From Luteimonas sp. (lineage in GTDB: Bacteria > Pseudomonadota > Gammaproteobacteria > Xanthomonadales > Xanthomonadaceae), in the NCBI GenBank assembly GCA_037720875.1, contig JBBJNO010000001.1, positions 7,912 to 46,912 of the forward strand: DNA of 39,001 nucleotides, given 5' to 3'. The stretch's first letter is position 1, and every line of letters begins with the position of its first letter. Made by a program: the position numbers and the translations under genes. Of the stretch, positions 1 to 8,245 are shown piece by piece. The notes beneath the pieces were generated by a model. That model did not search any database. It saw nothing but the letters and a program-made list of their open reading frames with translations, and was not told where the DNA came from.

Positions 1-2
1 CG

Positions 3-506
3 TTGCGTTTGAAGAAACGGGTGATAGTGGACGTCATCGTGCTGGCCGGCCTGTACACGATCCGCATCATTGCCGGTTCGGTACTGGTGGCGGCCGCGTT
101 CTCGTTCTGGCTGCTGGCGTTTGCGATGTTCCTGTTCCTGAGCCTGGCAATGCTCAAGCGCTATACCGAATTGCTGTCCCTCCTCGACCAGGGCAAGGAC
201 AAGACCAGCGGCCGCGGTTACGACGTCGAGGACCGGCACCTGGTGCAATCGATGGGCACGGCAAGCGGCTACCAGGCGGTGCTGGTGCTGGCCCTGTACA
301 TCAACAGCACGGCCAGCGAACTGCTGTACCGCCGCCCGCAGGTGCTCTGGCTGCTGTGTCCACTGCTGCTGTACTGGATCAGCCGGGTGTGGATGATTGC
401 CCACCGCGGCCTGATGCGGGACGACCCGGTGGTGTTCGCGGTCACCGACCGCGCCAGCCAGGTCATCGTGCTGATCTGCGCACTCGTCGTGGCAGGCGCG
501 ATCTGA
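3..506 (+). CDS. UbiA-superfamily polyprenyl-phosphate phosphoribosyltransferase (Rv3806c-like), 5' end outside the window
   Basis: The frame is open to the window edge. The C-terminal region is hydrophobic and multi-helical (VLAGLYTIRIIAGS, FWLLAFAMFLFLSLAMLKRY, GYQAVLVLALYINS). Its stop overlaps the start of a clear DprE1 homolog by 1 nt (TGATG, 504-508). The family call rests partly on this context. Confidence 0.6.
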   Translation: MRLKKRVIVDVIVLAGLYTIRIIAGSVLVAAAFSFWLLAFAMFLFLSLAMLKRYTELLSLLDQGKDKTSGRGYDVEDRHLVQSMGTASGYQAVLVLALYINSTASELLYRRPQVLWLLCPLLLYWISRVWMIAHRGLMRDDPVVFAVTDRASQVIVLICALVVAGAI

Positions 507-1810
507 TGGCGGCAGGTCAGTCGTGGGGACGTTATCCCCAAGCAGAACAACGGCTGCTCACGCCTGCCCGTGCCGATCAGCCGATCGATGCCGGGGGCGA
601 CCGCTGGCTGCCCTATGGCAACGGACGCAGCTATGGCGACAGCTGCCTCAACGACGGCGGCACGCTGGTGCACACGCGGCGCCTGGATCATTACCTGGCC
701 TTCGATCCGGCCACCGGCCTGCTGCGCTGCGAATCGGGTGTGCAGCTGGCCGACATTCTCGCGCTGGTCGTGCCGCAGGGCTGGTTCCTGCCGGTGTCGC
801 CCGGCACCAAATACGTCACCGTGGGCGGCGCCATCGCCAACGACGTGCATGGCAAGAACCACCACCAGGCCGGTACCTTCGGCGAACACGTGCACTCCTT
901 GGAATTGCTGCGCAGCGATGGCGGACTCGGTTCCTGTAGCCGCCAGCACAATGCGGAACTGTTCACCGCGACCATCGGCGGCCTCGGCCTGACCGGCCTG
1001 ATCACTTCGGCGGAGATCGCACTGCGGCAGATTCCCGGCCCGTGGCTCGCCACCGAGAGTTGCAAGTTCGGCAACCTCGAAGAATTCTTTGCGTTGTCGG
1101 CCCAATCCGACCAGGCCAATGAATACACGGTGGCCTGGATCGATTGCACCGCGCGCGGCGCGGCGCTGGGCCGTGGCCTGTTCGCGCGCGGCAATCACGC
1201 CGCACCAGTAGTGACGCCGCGCGCACCCGCGCGCACCCGACTTGGCATGCCGTTCACGCCGCCGCTGTCCTTGGTCAACTCGTTGAGCCTGCGCGCGTTC
1301 AACACGCTTTACTGGCACCGGCAATGGCGTCAGCGTCGGGCGTCGGTCAGCCACTACGAACCGTTCTTCTATCCACTGGACGCGCTGGCCAACTGGAACC
1401 GCATGTACGGCCCGAAGGGCTTCCTGCAGTACCAATGCGTGGTGCCGCCCATTGGCGCGGCCGAGACGACTGCCGAACTTTTGCGACGCATCCAGGCCAG
1501 TGGCGCGGGGTCGTTCCTGGCCGTGCTCAAGCAGTTTGGCGATCGCCCGCCCGCAGGTCTGCTGTCGTTTCCGCGGGCAGGCACGACGCTGGCGCTGGAT
1601 TTCCCGATCGACCGGGCCGGCAGCGTCTTCAAGCTGCTCGACGGCCTGGACGACGTGGTGGCCGACGCCGGCGGCGCGGTCTACCCGGCCAAGGATGCGC
1701 GCATGTCGGGTCGGCGTTTCCGGCAATATTTCCCGGCCTGGGAGCAATTCCAGGCCTTCATCGACCCGCAGGTCTCGTCGAGTTTCTGGCGACGCGTCAT
1801 GGAATCCTGA
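506..1810 (+). CDS. dprE1: FAD-dependent decaprenylphospho-beta-D-ribofuranose 2'-oxidase homolog (DprE1-like)
   Basis: ORF 356..1810 trimmed to the ATG at residue 51 (506). Motifs GRSYGD, VTVGGAIANDVHGKNHH, GGLGLTG, FYPLDALANWNRMYGPKGFLQYQCVVP, LSFP....LDFP and YPAKDAR are colinear with M. tuberculosis DprE1 (Rv3790) as I recall its sequence. Confidence 0.9.
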   Translation: MAAGQSWGRYPQAEQRLLTPARADQPIDAGGDRWLPYGNGRSYGDSCLNDGGTLVHTRRLDHYLAFDPATGLLRCESGVQLADILALVVPQGWFLPVSPGTKYVTVGGAIANDVHGKNHHQAGTFGEHVHSLELLRSDGGLGSCSRQHNAELFTATIGGLGLTGLITSAEIALRQIPGPWLATESCKFGNLEEFFALSAQSDQANEYTVAWIDCTARGAALGRGLFARGNHAAPVVTPRAPARTRLGMPFTPPLSLVNSLSLRAFNTLYWHRQWRQRRASVSHYEPFFYPLDALANWNRMYGPKGFLQYQCVVPPIGAAETTAELLRRIQASGAGSFLAVLKQFGDRPPAGLLSFPRAGTTLALDFPIDRAGSVFKLLDGLDDVVADAGGAVYPAKDARMSGRRFRQYFPAWEQFQAFIDPQVSSSFWRRVMES

Positions 1811-1814
1811 GCAA

Positions 1815-2552
1815 ATGCAGAACGTGCTGATCATCGGAGCCACCTCGGCCATCGCCGAAGCCTGCGCGCGCAGGTATGCCGCCGCCGGCGCCGCCTTGTA
1901 CCTGACCGGTCGCGACGCCGCCCGGCTGCAGCTCATCGCCGCCGACCTGAGGGTGCGCGGCGCGCGCGCCGTGCATACCGATCTACTCGATGTCGTCGAC
2001 GACGCCCGACAGGAACAGGTAGTCGCAGCGGCCTGGCAGGCGCTCGAACGGGTGGACGTGGTGCTGGTCGCTCACGGCACCCTGCCCGACCAGGCCCGGT
2101 GCGAAACGTCCCCGGAATACGCGGTGGCCGAATTCAACCTCAACGCCACCGCCACCATCGCCCTGCTGACCCGGCTGGCACCGCGCATGGCGGCGCAGCG
2201 GCAGGGCAGCATTGCGGTGATCTCCTCGGTGGCGGGCGATCGCGGGCGCGCCAGCAATTACCTGTACGGCAGCGCCAAGGCCGCGGTCAGCGCGTTCCTG
2301 AGCGGACTGCGACAGCGGCTGTCGCGCGAAGGCGTCAACGTGCTGACCATCAAGCCAGGCTTCGTGGACACGCCGATGACCAGCCAGTTCCAGAAAGGGC
2401 CGCTGTGGGCCAGTCCGGACCAGGTGGCGGCCGGCATCCTGCGCGCCGTGGACAGGCGCCGGAGCGTGGCTTACCTGCCGTGGTTCTGGGCGGGAATCAT
2501 GCTGGTGATCAAGCACATCCCCGAATTCGTGTTCCGCAGGATCAGGCTGTGA
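1815..2552 (+). CDS. dprE2: Short-chain dehydrogenase, decaprenylphospho-2'-keto-ribofuranose reductase homolog (DprE2-like)
   Basis: ORF 1452..2552 trimmed to the ATG at residue 122 (1815), 4 nt after the dprE1 stop. It has an SDR N-terminus (IIGATSAIAEA), a catalytic YGSAK, and the C-terminal tail LPWFWAGIMLVIKHIPEFVFRRI, which matches the Rv3791 tail pattern. Confidence 0.85.
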   Translation: MQNVLIIGATSAIAEACARRYAAAGAALYLTGRDAARLQLIAADLRVRGARAVHTDLLDVVDDARQEQVVAAAWQALERVDVVLVAHGTLPDQARCETSPEYAVAEFNLNATATIALLTRLAPRMAAQRQGSIAVISSVAGDRGRASNYLYGSAKAAVSAFLSGLRQRLSREGVNVLTIKPGFVDTPMTSQFQKGPLWASPDQVAAGILRAVDRRRSVAYLPWFWAGIMLVIKHIPEFVFRRIRL

Positions 2553-3502
2553 GCGAGCCCGAACTGCAGGACGCGAAGGTCGTCCTCACCGGTGCCGCCG
2601 GCCTGGTCGGGCAGAACCTGCTGGTCGAACTTGAGGAGCTGGGTTACAGCCGACTGGTTGCCATCGATAAGCATGCGTACAACCTTGCGATCCTGCGGGA
2701 ACTGCACCCGCAGGTCCAGGTTGTCGAGGCGGATCTTGCCGAGCCAGGCGCCTGGCGGGATGTATTCGCCGGTGCACACATAGTCGTGCAACTGCATGCC
2801 CAGATCACCGGCAAGCACCATGCCCAGTTCGAACGCAACAACCTGGTTGCCACCCGGCATGTCCTGGATGCCTGCCGGCAGCATGGGGTGCCGTATCTGG
2901 TGCACATCAGCTCGTCGGTGGTCAATTCGGTCGCCGATGACAGCTATACGCAGACCAAGAAGTCGCAGGAAGCGCTGGTCATCGCCAGCAGCGTGCGTCA
3001 TTGCGTGCTGCGCCCCACCTTGATGTTCGGCTGGTTCGATCCCAAGCACTTGGGGTGGCTCTCGCGGTTCATGTCCAGGACACCGGTATTTCCCATCCCC
3101 GGCGACGGACGCTACATGCGCCAGCCCCTGTACGAGCGCGATTTCTGCCGTTGCATCGTTTGGTGCCTGCAACACCAGCCCGACGGCGCGGTTTATGACA
3201 TCGTCGGTGACACCCGCATTGACTACATCGACATCATCCGCACCATCAAGCGAGTCAAGAAGTTGCGTACCCTGATCGTCCCGATTCCGGTGCGGATGTT
3301 CGCCTTGCTGCTGCGTACCTATGCCTTGTTCTCGCGCAAACCTCCGTTCACCGCCGACCAGCTCATGGCACTGACGGCGGGCGACGATTTTCGGGGCACC
3401 GACACGGCGGCGTTGTTTGGCGTCAGGCAAACTCCGTTTGAAGAAGCCATCCGCGAGAGCTACTGCGATTCGCGCTACAGCCCCATTGTCCTGAAGCGAT
3501 GA
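2549..3502 (+). CDS. NAD-dependent epimerase/dehydratase (extended SDR)
   Basis: The GTG at 2549 overlaps the dprE2 stop (GTGA). A Rossmann motif VVLTGAAGLVGQNL lies at residues 11-24, and there is a YTQTK (YxxxK) motif. There is no in-frame ATG upstream of the Rossmann motif, so the GTG start is required. Confidence 0.8.
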   Translation: MSEPELQDAKVVLTGAAGLVGQNLLVELEELGYSRLVAIDKHAYNLAILRELHPQVQVVEADLAEPGAWRDVFAGAHIVVQLHAQITGKHHAQFERNNLVATRHVLDACRQHGVPYLVHISSSVVNSVADDSYTQTKKSQEALVIASSVRHCVLRPTLMFGWFDPKHLGWLSRFMSRTPVFPIPGDGRYMRQPLYERDFCRCIVWCLQHQPDGAVYDIVGDTRIDYIDIIRTIKRVKKLRTLIVPIPVRMFALLLRTYALFSRKPPFTADQLMALTAGDDFRGTDTAALFGVRQTPFEEAIRESYCDSRYSPIVLKR

Positions 3503-3506
3503 CCCC

Positions 3507-4814
3507 ATGATCCAAAAGCACTATGCAGTACTGGGCGCTGGCCCCATGGGCTTGATGGCCGCGCTGGAACTGCTACGGAAAGGCCACGTGGTGGACATCT
3601 ACGAGCGCGACGACCGCATCGGCGGCATGTCCGCCAGCTTCAACTTCGACGGACTGGAAATCGAGCGTTACTACCACTTCATCTGCAAGACGGACACGCC
3701 GTTGTTTGGGCTGCTTGACAATATGGGCATAGCCGACAAGCTCAAATGGTCCGACACCAAGATGGGCTATTTCTACAATGGCCATTTGTACAAATGGGGC
3801 TCTCCACTCGCGCTGCTTGCGTTCCCCAAGCTCGGCCTCATCAGCAAACTGCGCTATGCCCTGCACGTGATGGTGGCCAAGAACATCAGCGACTGGTCGC
3901 GGCTGAATCGGGTCAACGCGACCGCGTGGCTGCGCAAGTGGCTGGGCAAGCGCGGTTACGAAGTGCTGTGGCAGCGCACGTTTTACCTGAAGTTTTTTGA
4001 GTACACCGATCACCTGTCAGCCGCGTGGATCGGCACGCGCATTAAGCGTATCGCCCTGTCGCGCAGGAACCTCCTCCAGGAAAGCCTGGGTTACCTCGAG
4101 GGCGGTTCGCAGATACTGCTGGCGCGCATGGAGCAGGCCATCCTCGCACTTGGCGGGCGCATCCACCTGCGCAAGGGCATCGATCGCGTGGTTACCGAAC
4201 ATGGCACGGTCACTGGCATCCTGGTCGCAGGCCAGTTCCATCCCTGCGACGCCGTTGTCTCGACCGCACCCATCCAGTACATCCCGTCGCTCGCGCCGGA
4301 TCTGCCCGCCGACTTCGTCAGGCAAATCGGACGCGTCGAAAACATCCCGGTGGCGTGCGTGATCCTGAAGCTGCGACATTCGGTCAGCGAGAATTTCTGG
4401 ATGAACATCAGCGACCCGGACATGGGCATCCCCGGGATAATCGAATATTCAAACCTCAATCCTGGCACGCGCGAGGGTGAGCACATCGTGTATGCGCCGT
4501 TCTACATGCCCAAGACCCACCCCAAGTGGTCCAACAGCAACGATAAATTGATTTCGGAAGTCATCGGATACCTCGGCCGCATCAATCCAGCCTTTACCGA
4601 GGACTGGGTCATCGCCCGGCACTGCCACCGTTACGAATTCGCGCAAACCATTTGCCCGCCTGGCTTCATGGAAATCCTGCCGTCGATGCGCACGCCCTTG
4701 GCGGGTTTGTTCATGGCGGACACGTCTTACTACTACCCGGAAGACCGCTCGATCTCCGAAAGCATCCAGGCGGCGCGCAGGCTGGTTGATGAAGTGCTCG
4801 CGGAGCCTGCGTGA
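3507..4814 (+). CDS. FAD/NAD(P)-binding oxidoreductase (amine-oxidase / phytoene-desaturase-like fold)
   Basis: It has an N-terminal dinucleotide-binding motif, YAVLGAGPMGLMAALELLRKGHVVDIYERDDRIGG. The 435-aa ORF starts 4 nt after the previous stop. Its substrate is unknown. Confidence 0.8.
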   Translation: MIQKHYAVLGAGPMGLMAALELLRKGHVVDIYERDDRIGGMSASFNFDGLEIERYYHFICKTDTPLFGLLDNMGIADKLKWSDTKMGYFYNGHLYKWGSPLALLAFPKLGLISKLRYALHVMVAKNISDWSRLNRVNATAWLRKWLGKRGYEVLWQRTFYLKFFEYTDHLSAAWIGTRIKRIALSRRNLLQESLGYLEGGSQILLARMEQAILALGGRIHLRKGIDRVVTEHGTVTGILVAGQFHPCDAVVSTAPIQYIPSLAPDLPADFVRQIGRVENIPVACVILKLRHSVSENFWMNISDPDMGIPGIIEYSNLNPGTREGEHIVYAPFYMPKTHPKWSNSNDKLISEVIGYLGRINPAFTEDWVIARHCHRYEFAQTICPPGFMEILPSMRTPLAGLFMADTSYYYPEDRSISESIQAARRLVDEVLAEPA

Positions 4815-5206
4815 AGTCGGAGTTCCTGCGATTCATCGTCGTCGGCGCCATCGCCGCCATTGCCAATATCGGGTCGCGCATTGTCTTCAGTCAATGGATG
4901 GCATTTGTTCCCGCGATGGCAGTGGCCTTCGTGATCGGGCTGACGACCGCGTTCCTGCTCAATCGCAGCTGGGTGTTCATTGGAAGCGGCAAGCGGTGGT
5001 TCCATGAAGCGGCCTGGTTTCTAGGGATCAATCTCCTGGGCTTGGCACAGACATTGGCCATCGCCTGGGTGCTCGCACGACACCTACTACCATCACTTGG
5101 GCAACGTCTGTTGGTGATGGAAACGGCCCACAGCATCGGCGTAATCATTCCGATCCTTACCAGCTACCTCGGCCACAAATACTTCACCTTCAAGAGACGA
5201 CCCTGA
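4811..5206 (+). CDS. gtrA: GtrA-family small membrane protein (putative polyprenyl-phosphate-sugar translocation factor)
   Basis: The GTG start overlaps the previous stop (GTGA), with GGAG 5 nt upstream. It is 131 aa with 4 hydrophobic helices. It has the family pattern FLRFIVVGAIAAIANIGSR...NRSWVF...GHKYFTFK. Confidence 0.8.
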   Translation: MKSEFLRFIVVGAIAAIANIGSRIVFSQWMAFVPAMAVAFVIGLTTAFLLNRSWVFIGSGKRWFHEAAWFLGINLLGLAQTLAIAWVLARHLLPSLGQRLLVMETAHSIGVIIPILTSYLGHKYFTFKRRP

Positions 5207-5871
5207 TGTCCGACGACGATCTTCAGCAGCTGTACCGCCATCGTTTCGCCCAGAGCGAGCTGCCCGCCAAGAACGCAATCTGGGAGGTGCTTTGCAGATT
5301 TTTCTTCCAGCGGTTCGTCGATGCCGAGAACGACACCGTGCTGGACCTGGCGTGCGGCTATGGGGAGTTCATCAACAACATCCGGGCGAAGAAGAAAATC
5401 GCGGTTGACCTCAATCCTGACAGCCCCGCCGCGCTGCGCGATGGCATCGAATTTCATGCCGTGCGCGCCGATGCGCTCGAACCTGTCGCGTCGGGCACGG
5501 TCGACATCGTGTTCACGTCCAACTTCTTCGAGCACCTGCCGGACAAGACGGTGCTTGCCGAAGTGCTGCAGGAAATCAATCGCGTCCTCAGGCCTGGCGG
5601 CACGCTGATCGCCATGGGGCCCAATATCCGATACCTACCCGGCGAATACTGGGATTTCATCGATCACCATTTGCCGCTGTCCGAGCGATCCTTGACGGAG
5701 GCATTGCAGATGAGCGGATTCAGGATGACCCGCGTGGTGGATCGCTTCCTGCCCTACACGACTCAGTCGCGTCTCCCCAAGGCCCCGTTGCTGGTGCGGA
5801 TATATTTGAGTGTCCCGGCCGTATGGCGCTTCTTTGGAAAACAGTTTCTGGTTTTCGCAAGTAAGGCCTAG
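5206..5871 (+). CDS. Class I SAM-dependent methyltransferase
   Basis: It overlaps the gtrA stop by 1 nt (TGATG). Motif I is VLDLACGYGEF, and the post-I and motif II region is VDIVFTSNFFEHL...LRPGGTLI. Confidence 0.85.
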   Translation: MSDDDLQQLYRHRFAQSELPAKNAIWEVLCRFFFQRFVDAENDTVLDLACGYGEFINNIRAKKKIAVDLNPDSPAALRDGIEFHAVRADALEPVASGTVDIVFTSNFFEHLPDKTVLAEVLQEINRVLRPGGTLIAMGPNIRYLPGEYWDFIDHHLPLSERSLTEALQMSGFRMTRVVDRFLPYTTQSRLPKAPLLVRIYLSVPAVWRFFGKQFLVFASKA

Positions 5872-5884
5872 CGCGCCTCACTTG

Positions 5885-8245
5885 TCACGGAACAATGGTC
5901 ACTGGGAACTTGAATTCGGGACACAACTGCAGCTTTCCCGCATTGTTCATTCCCAGACCCAAGGCGTACTTGCCCCCGAATTCCGAGATGTCGCCCAAGG
6001 TGGTGAATCCCGACCCGCTCATCCTTGGGTTCTTGAAATATTTGCCTACGTCCGGACGCATGGCGAGCTGGGTGTTCAGATAATGGTGAACGCCTTTGGC
6101 ATCCGTCAGCACAACATAAACGGCATCCGCGAGCGATCCATTTTCGATCGAGCCGATCAGCCATCCCTCGACCCGGAGGGGGTCTGAAGTTGAAATGCTG
6201 ATCGCAGCGGGAAGCGCGTGGCCCAGCGCATCGATCGCGCCGGTGCATTTTTCCAGAGTCTGCGCATCTTGCGACGACAATGCTGCGTCAAAGTGATGGC
6301 GTTTGTTCAAACCCGGTATCTCAGGCACAGGTATCACCGGAACCTGGCTGAAGGCAAGCGAGTAAGTCCGGTTCCAGTCAAGGCTGTGCTCGGCGGCAGA
6401 AATCGATAGCGACTTGACTCGCTTCCAGTCCCTCAGGGGTTTTTCCGCATATAGCCGTGAAAACTCTTCCGCGTTTTCTATCAAGGGCGATATCACGAAC
6501 CCTGTTCTTGTCATCCCGGAAATGATGCGGTAGCGTCTTTGCTCGCCATTGCTCATCTCAAGACTGATCTGCAGCTGGGTTGGCTTGTACAGAACGCTTG
6601 CCATGAGTCCGGCTACGCTGGGCTTGATATCGATTTGTACGAATATTGGTCCGGTAGATGCGGGCAGCTCCACCTTTTCCCCAAAAGCATGATCCGCGCT
6701 TCCGAGTTTAATGGGCAGCGCTCGCGCACCTTCCTGTTGCCTCTTGCGCAGAACCAGAAATCCATTCTCAATCCGTTTAGGTTCGTACCCTGTGAGCAAC
6801 ATAGGCCAGCTGGCACCGTCATCCATGGATGGAAACCTCCAGTCAATCGGCTGCACCTTGAAGAAAATATTGTCAGGAGCCCGCTCAGACAACAAATGTT
6901 CACTGTTGGCCGTAGCCAGACCGGGTGTATACGCGGCATAACTCTGGAAAGCCGGGCGTGGAGACCAAGTGTTGCCGGAGGCAATGAGGAACGATTGATC
7001 GAACGAGTAGATATCAGAAGTGCCTTGCAAGAGGGACAGTGGCGACTGCGCTCGAAGAGATGCCAGTGAAGCATCGAATCGCCGCTTCAGCAGGGTTTCG
7101 TCCCTATACCGGCTCTTGAAACCATCCCACGCAGCCGCATAGGTGGACACTAGATTCTTGCCGAATCGATCGATGGAAGTCCTGATGAACTGCGCATCGA
7201 TCAGCGCCCACGAAAACACTGCGACGGCAATCGCAGGAAACGTGAAGTTGCTCGTGATCAAGGCAGGCAACAACAACGCTGCGAGAAGGATCGCCGTACC
7301 GGCAGTCACTGCGTGGCCGTCGTGGCGAACGAATCCCGCCTTGAATGAAACAAACAGGAACAGCGAAAAACCCAGTCCGAGAAACAGTCTTGCTGCCACG
7401 CTGCTTCTGGCTTTGCTAAAAAAAATTGCAACCAAGATCAAAACGCAGGCAGCAAGATACGCGATCACTTGGCCGAACATGCCCTCGGTGGCCATCGCCT
7501 CGGTGTAGCCAGCACTGCTCTGCGCCATGCGAATGACGTACTGGGGCAGCAGCGCAAGAGGTTGCCCCGCCAACAACCAGGACAACATCATGGCCGCTAC
7601 AGGAGAGGCCAAGCTGACAAGAGCGAGAGCGCGATGTTTTTTCAGCATCAAAAACAAGAAACACAAGGCAGCTGTTGCCGCGGCCAGGATCAGAGCCGAT
7701 CCTTTTATCAAGGGCAGGAATCCGAGTGGCGCAAAAGCAATGGCCACGTGCAAGGAGGCCCACCGGCTTGGGGCTCGAGATCCCTCTTCGGCGGAAACAA
7801 GATTGAAAATGACGATGTCGGCGAGCACGGCAAACGAAAGCAGCAACGGGTCGCGGAACATCAGCCCCGCATACAGTGCCCACAAGACGAGCATCCACCA
7901 TCGTTTGGCGTTGACCAGTACCAGGGCCAAAATTACAACGTAAGACAGAGCCAGGTAAATGCTGCCCGCCATCATCCGCAAATCCGTGCTCGGGTGATAC
8001 AGCTTCGTGTAGATCGAAGCGTATGGGCCTGAAGTGAAATTGATATCGCTCCCGAACGAGAGGCCTTGCGCGACGGCTTGATTCAGGCCCATCTGCCAGG
8101 ACGGATCTAGATTTCCAGCCGGCATTTCCGGGGTAAACGGCACAAAAATCGCCACGGCCGTAAGCAGCAGCAAGAGCCAGATACCGGCATCGAATATTTT
8201 ACCGAGCCTGTCCAAGCTGGCGCTCTTGTATGGATGTATTTGCAT
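5885..8245 (-). CDS. Large polytopic membrane protein with a C-terminal soluble domain; candidate GT-C-fold glycosyltransferase
   Basis: ORF 5885..8425 trimmed to ATG 8245 (MQIHPYKS...). The first roughly 430 aa contain at least 10 hydrophobic segments, with an acidic first loop (PEMPAGNLDPSWQMG). These are followed by roughly 350 aa of soluble, beta-rich sequence. I cannot name the family from sequence alone. Confidence 0.55.
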   Translation of the reverse strand: MQIHPYKSASLDRLGKIFDAGIWLLLLLTAVAIFVPFTPEMPAGNLDPSWQMGLNQAVAQGLSFGSDINFTSGPYASIYTKLYHPSTDLRMMAGSIYLALSYVVILALVLVNAKRWWMLVLWALYAGLMFRDPLLLSFAVLADIVIFNLVSAEEGSRAPSRWASLHVAIAFAPLGFLPLIKGSALILAAATAALCFLFLMLKKHRALALVSLASPVAAMMLSWLLAGQPLALLPQYVIRMAQSSAGYTEAMATEGMFGQVIAYLAACVLILVAIFFSKARSSVAARLFLGLGFSLFLFVSFKAGFVRHDGHAVTAGTAILLAALLLPALITSNFTFPAIAVAVFSWALIDAQFIRTSIDRFGKNLVSTYAAAWDGFKSRYRDETLLKRRFDASLASLRAQSPLSLLQGTSDIYSFDQSFLIASGNTWSPRPAFQSYAAYTPGLATANSEHLLSERAPDNIFFKVQPIDWRFPSMDDGASWPMLLTGYEPKRIENGFLVLRKRQQEGARALPIKLGSADHAFGEKVELPASTGPIFVQIDIKPSVAGLMASVLYKPTQLQISLEMSNGEQRRYRIISGMTRTGFVISPLIENAEEFSRLYAEKPLRDWKRVKSLSISAAEHSLDWNRTYSLAFSQVPVIPVPEIPGLNKRHHFDAALSSQDAQTLEKCTGAIDALGHALPAAISISTSDPLRVEGWLIGSIENGSLADAVYVVLTDAKGVHHYLNTQLAMRPDVGKYFKNPRMSGSGFTTLGDISEFGGKYALGLGMNNAGKLQLCPEFKFPVTIVP

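Noticed and set aside
269-1936. A 555-aa minus-strand ORF antisense to the UbiA/DprE1 genes. Similar long antisense ORFs occur elsewhere: 16735..19092 (+, 785 aa), 34449..36020 (+), 26672..28027 (-), 21577..22770 (+), 13125..13910 (+), 2471..3508 (-) and 29698..30468 (-).
   Set aside because: These are shadow frames typical of high-GC genes. Their products are Arg/Ala/Gly/Pro-rich and low-complexity, with no motifs. In every case the opposite strand carries a protein with clear family signatures.
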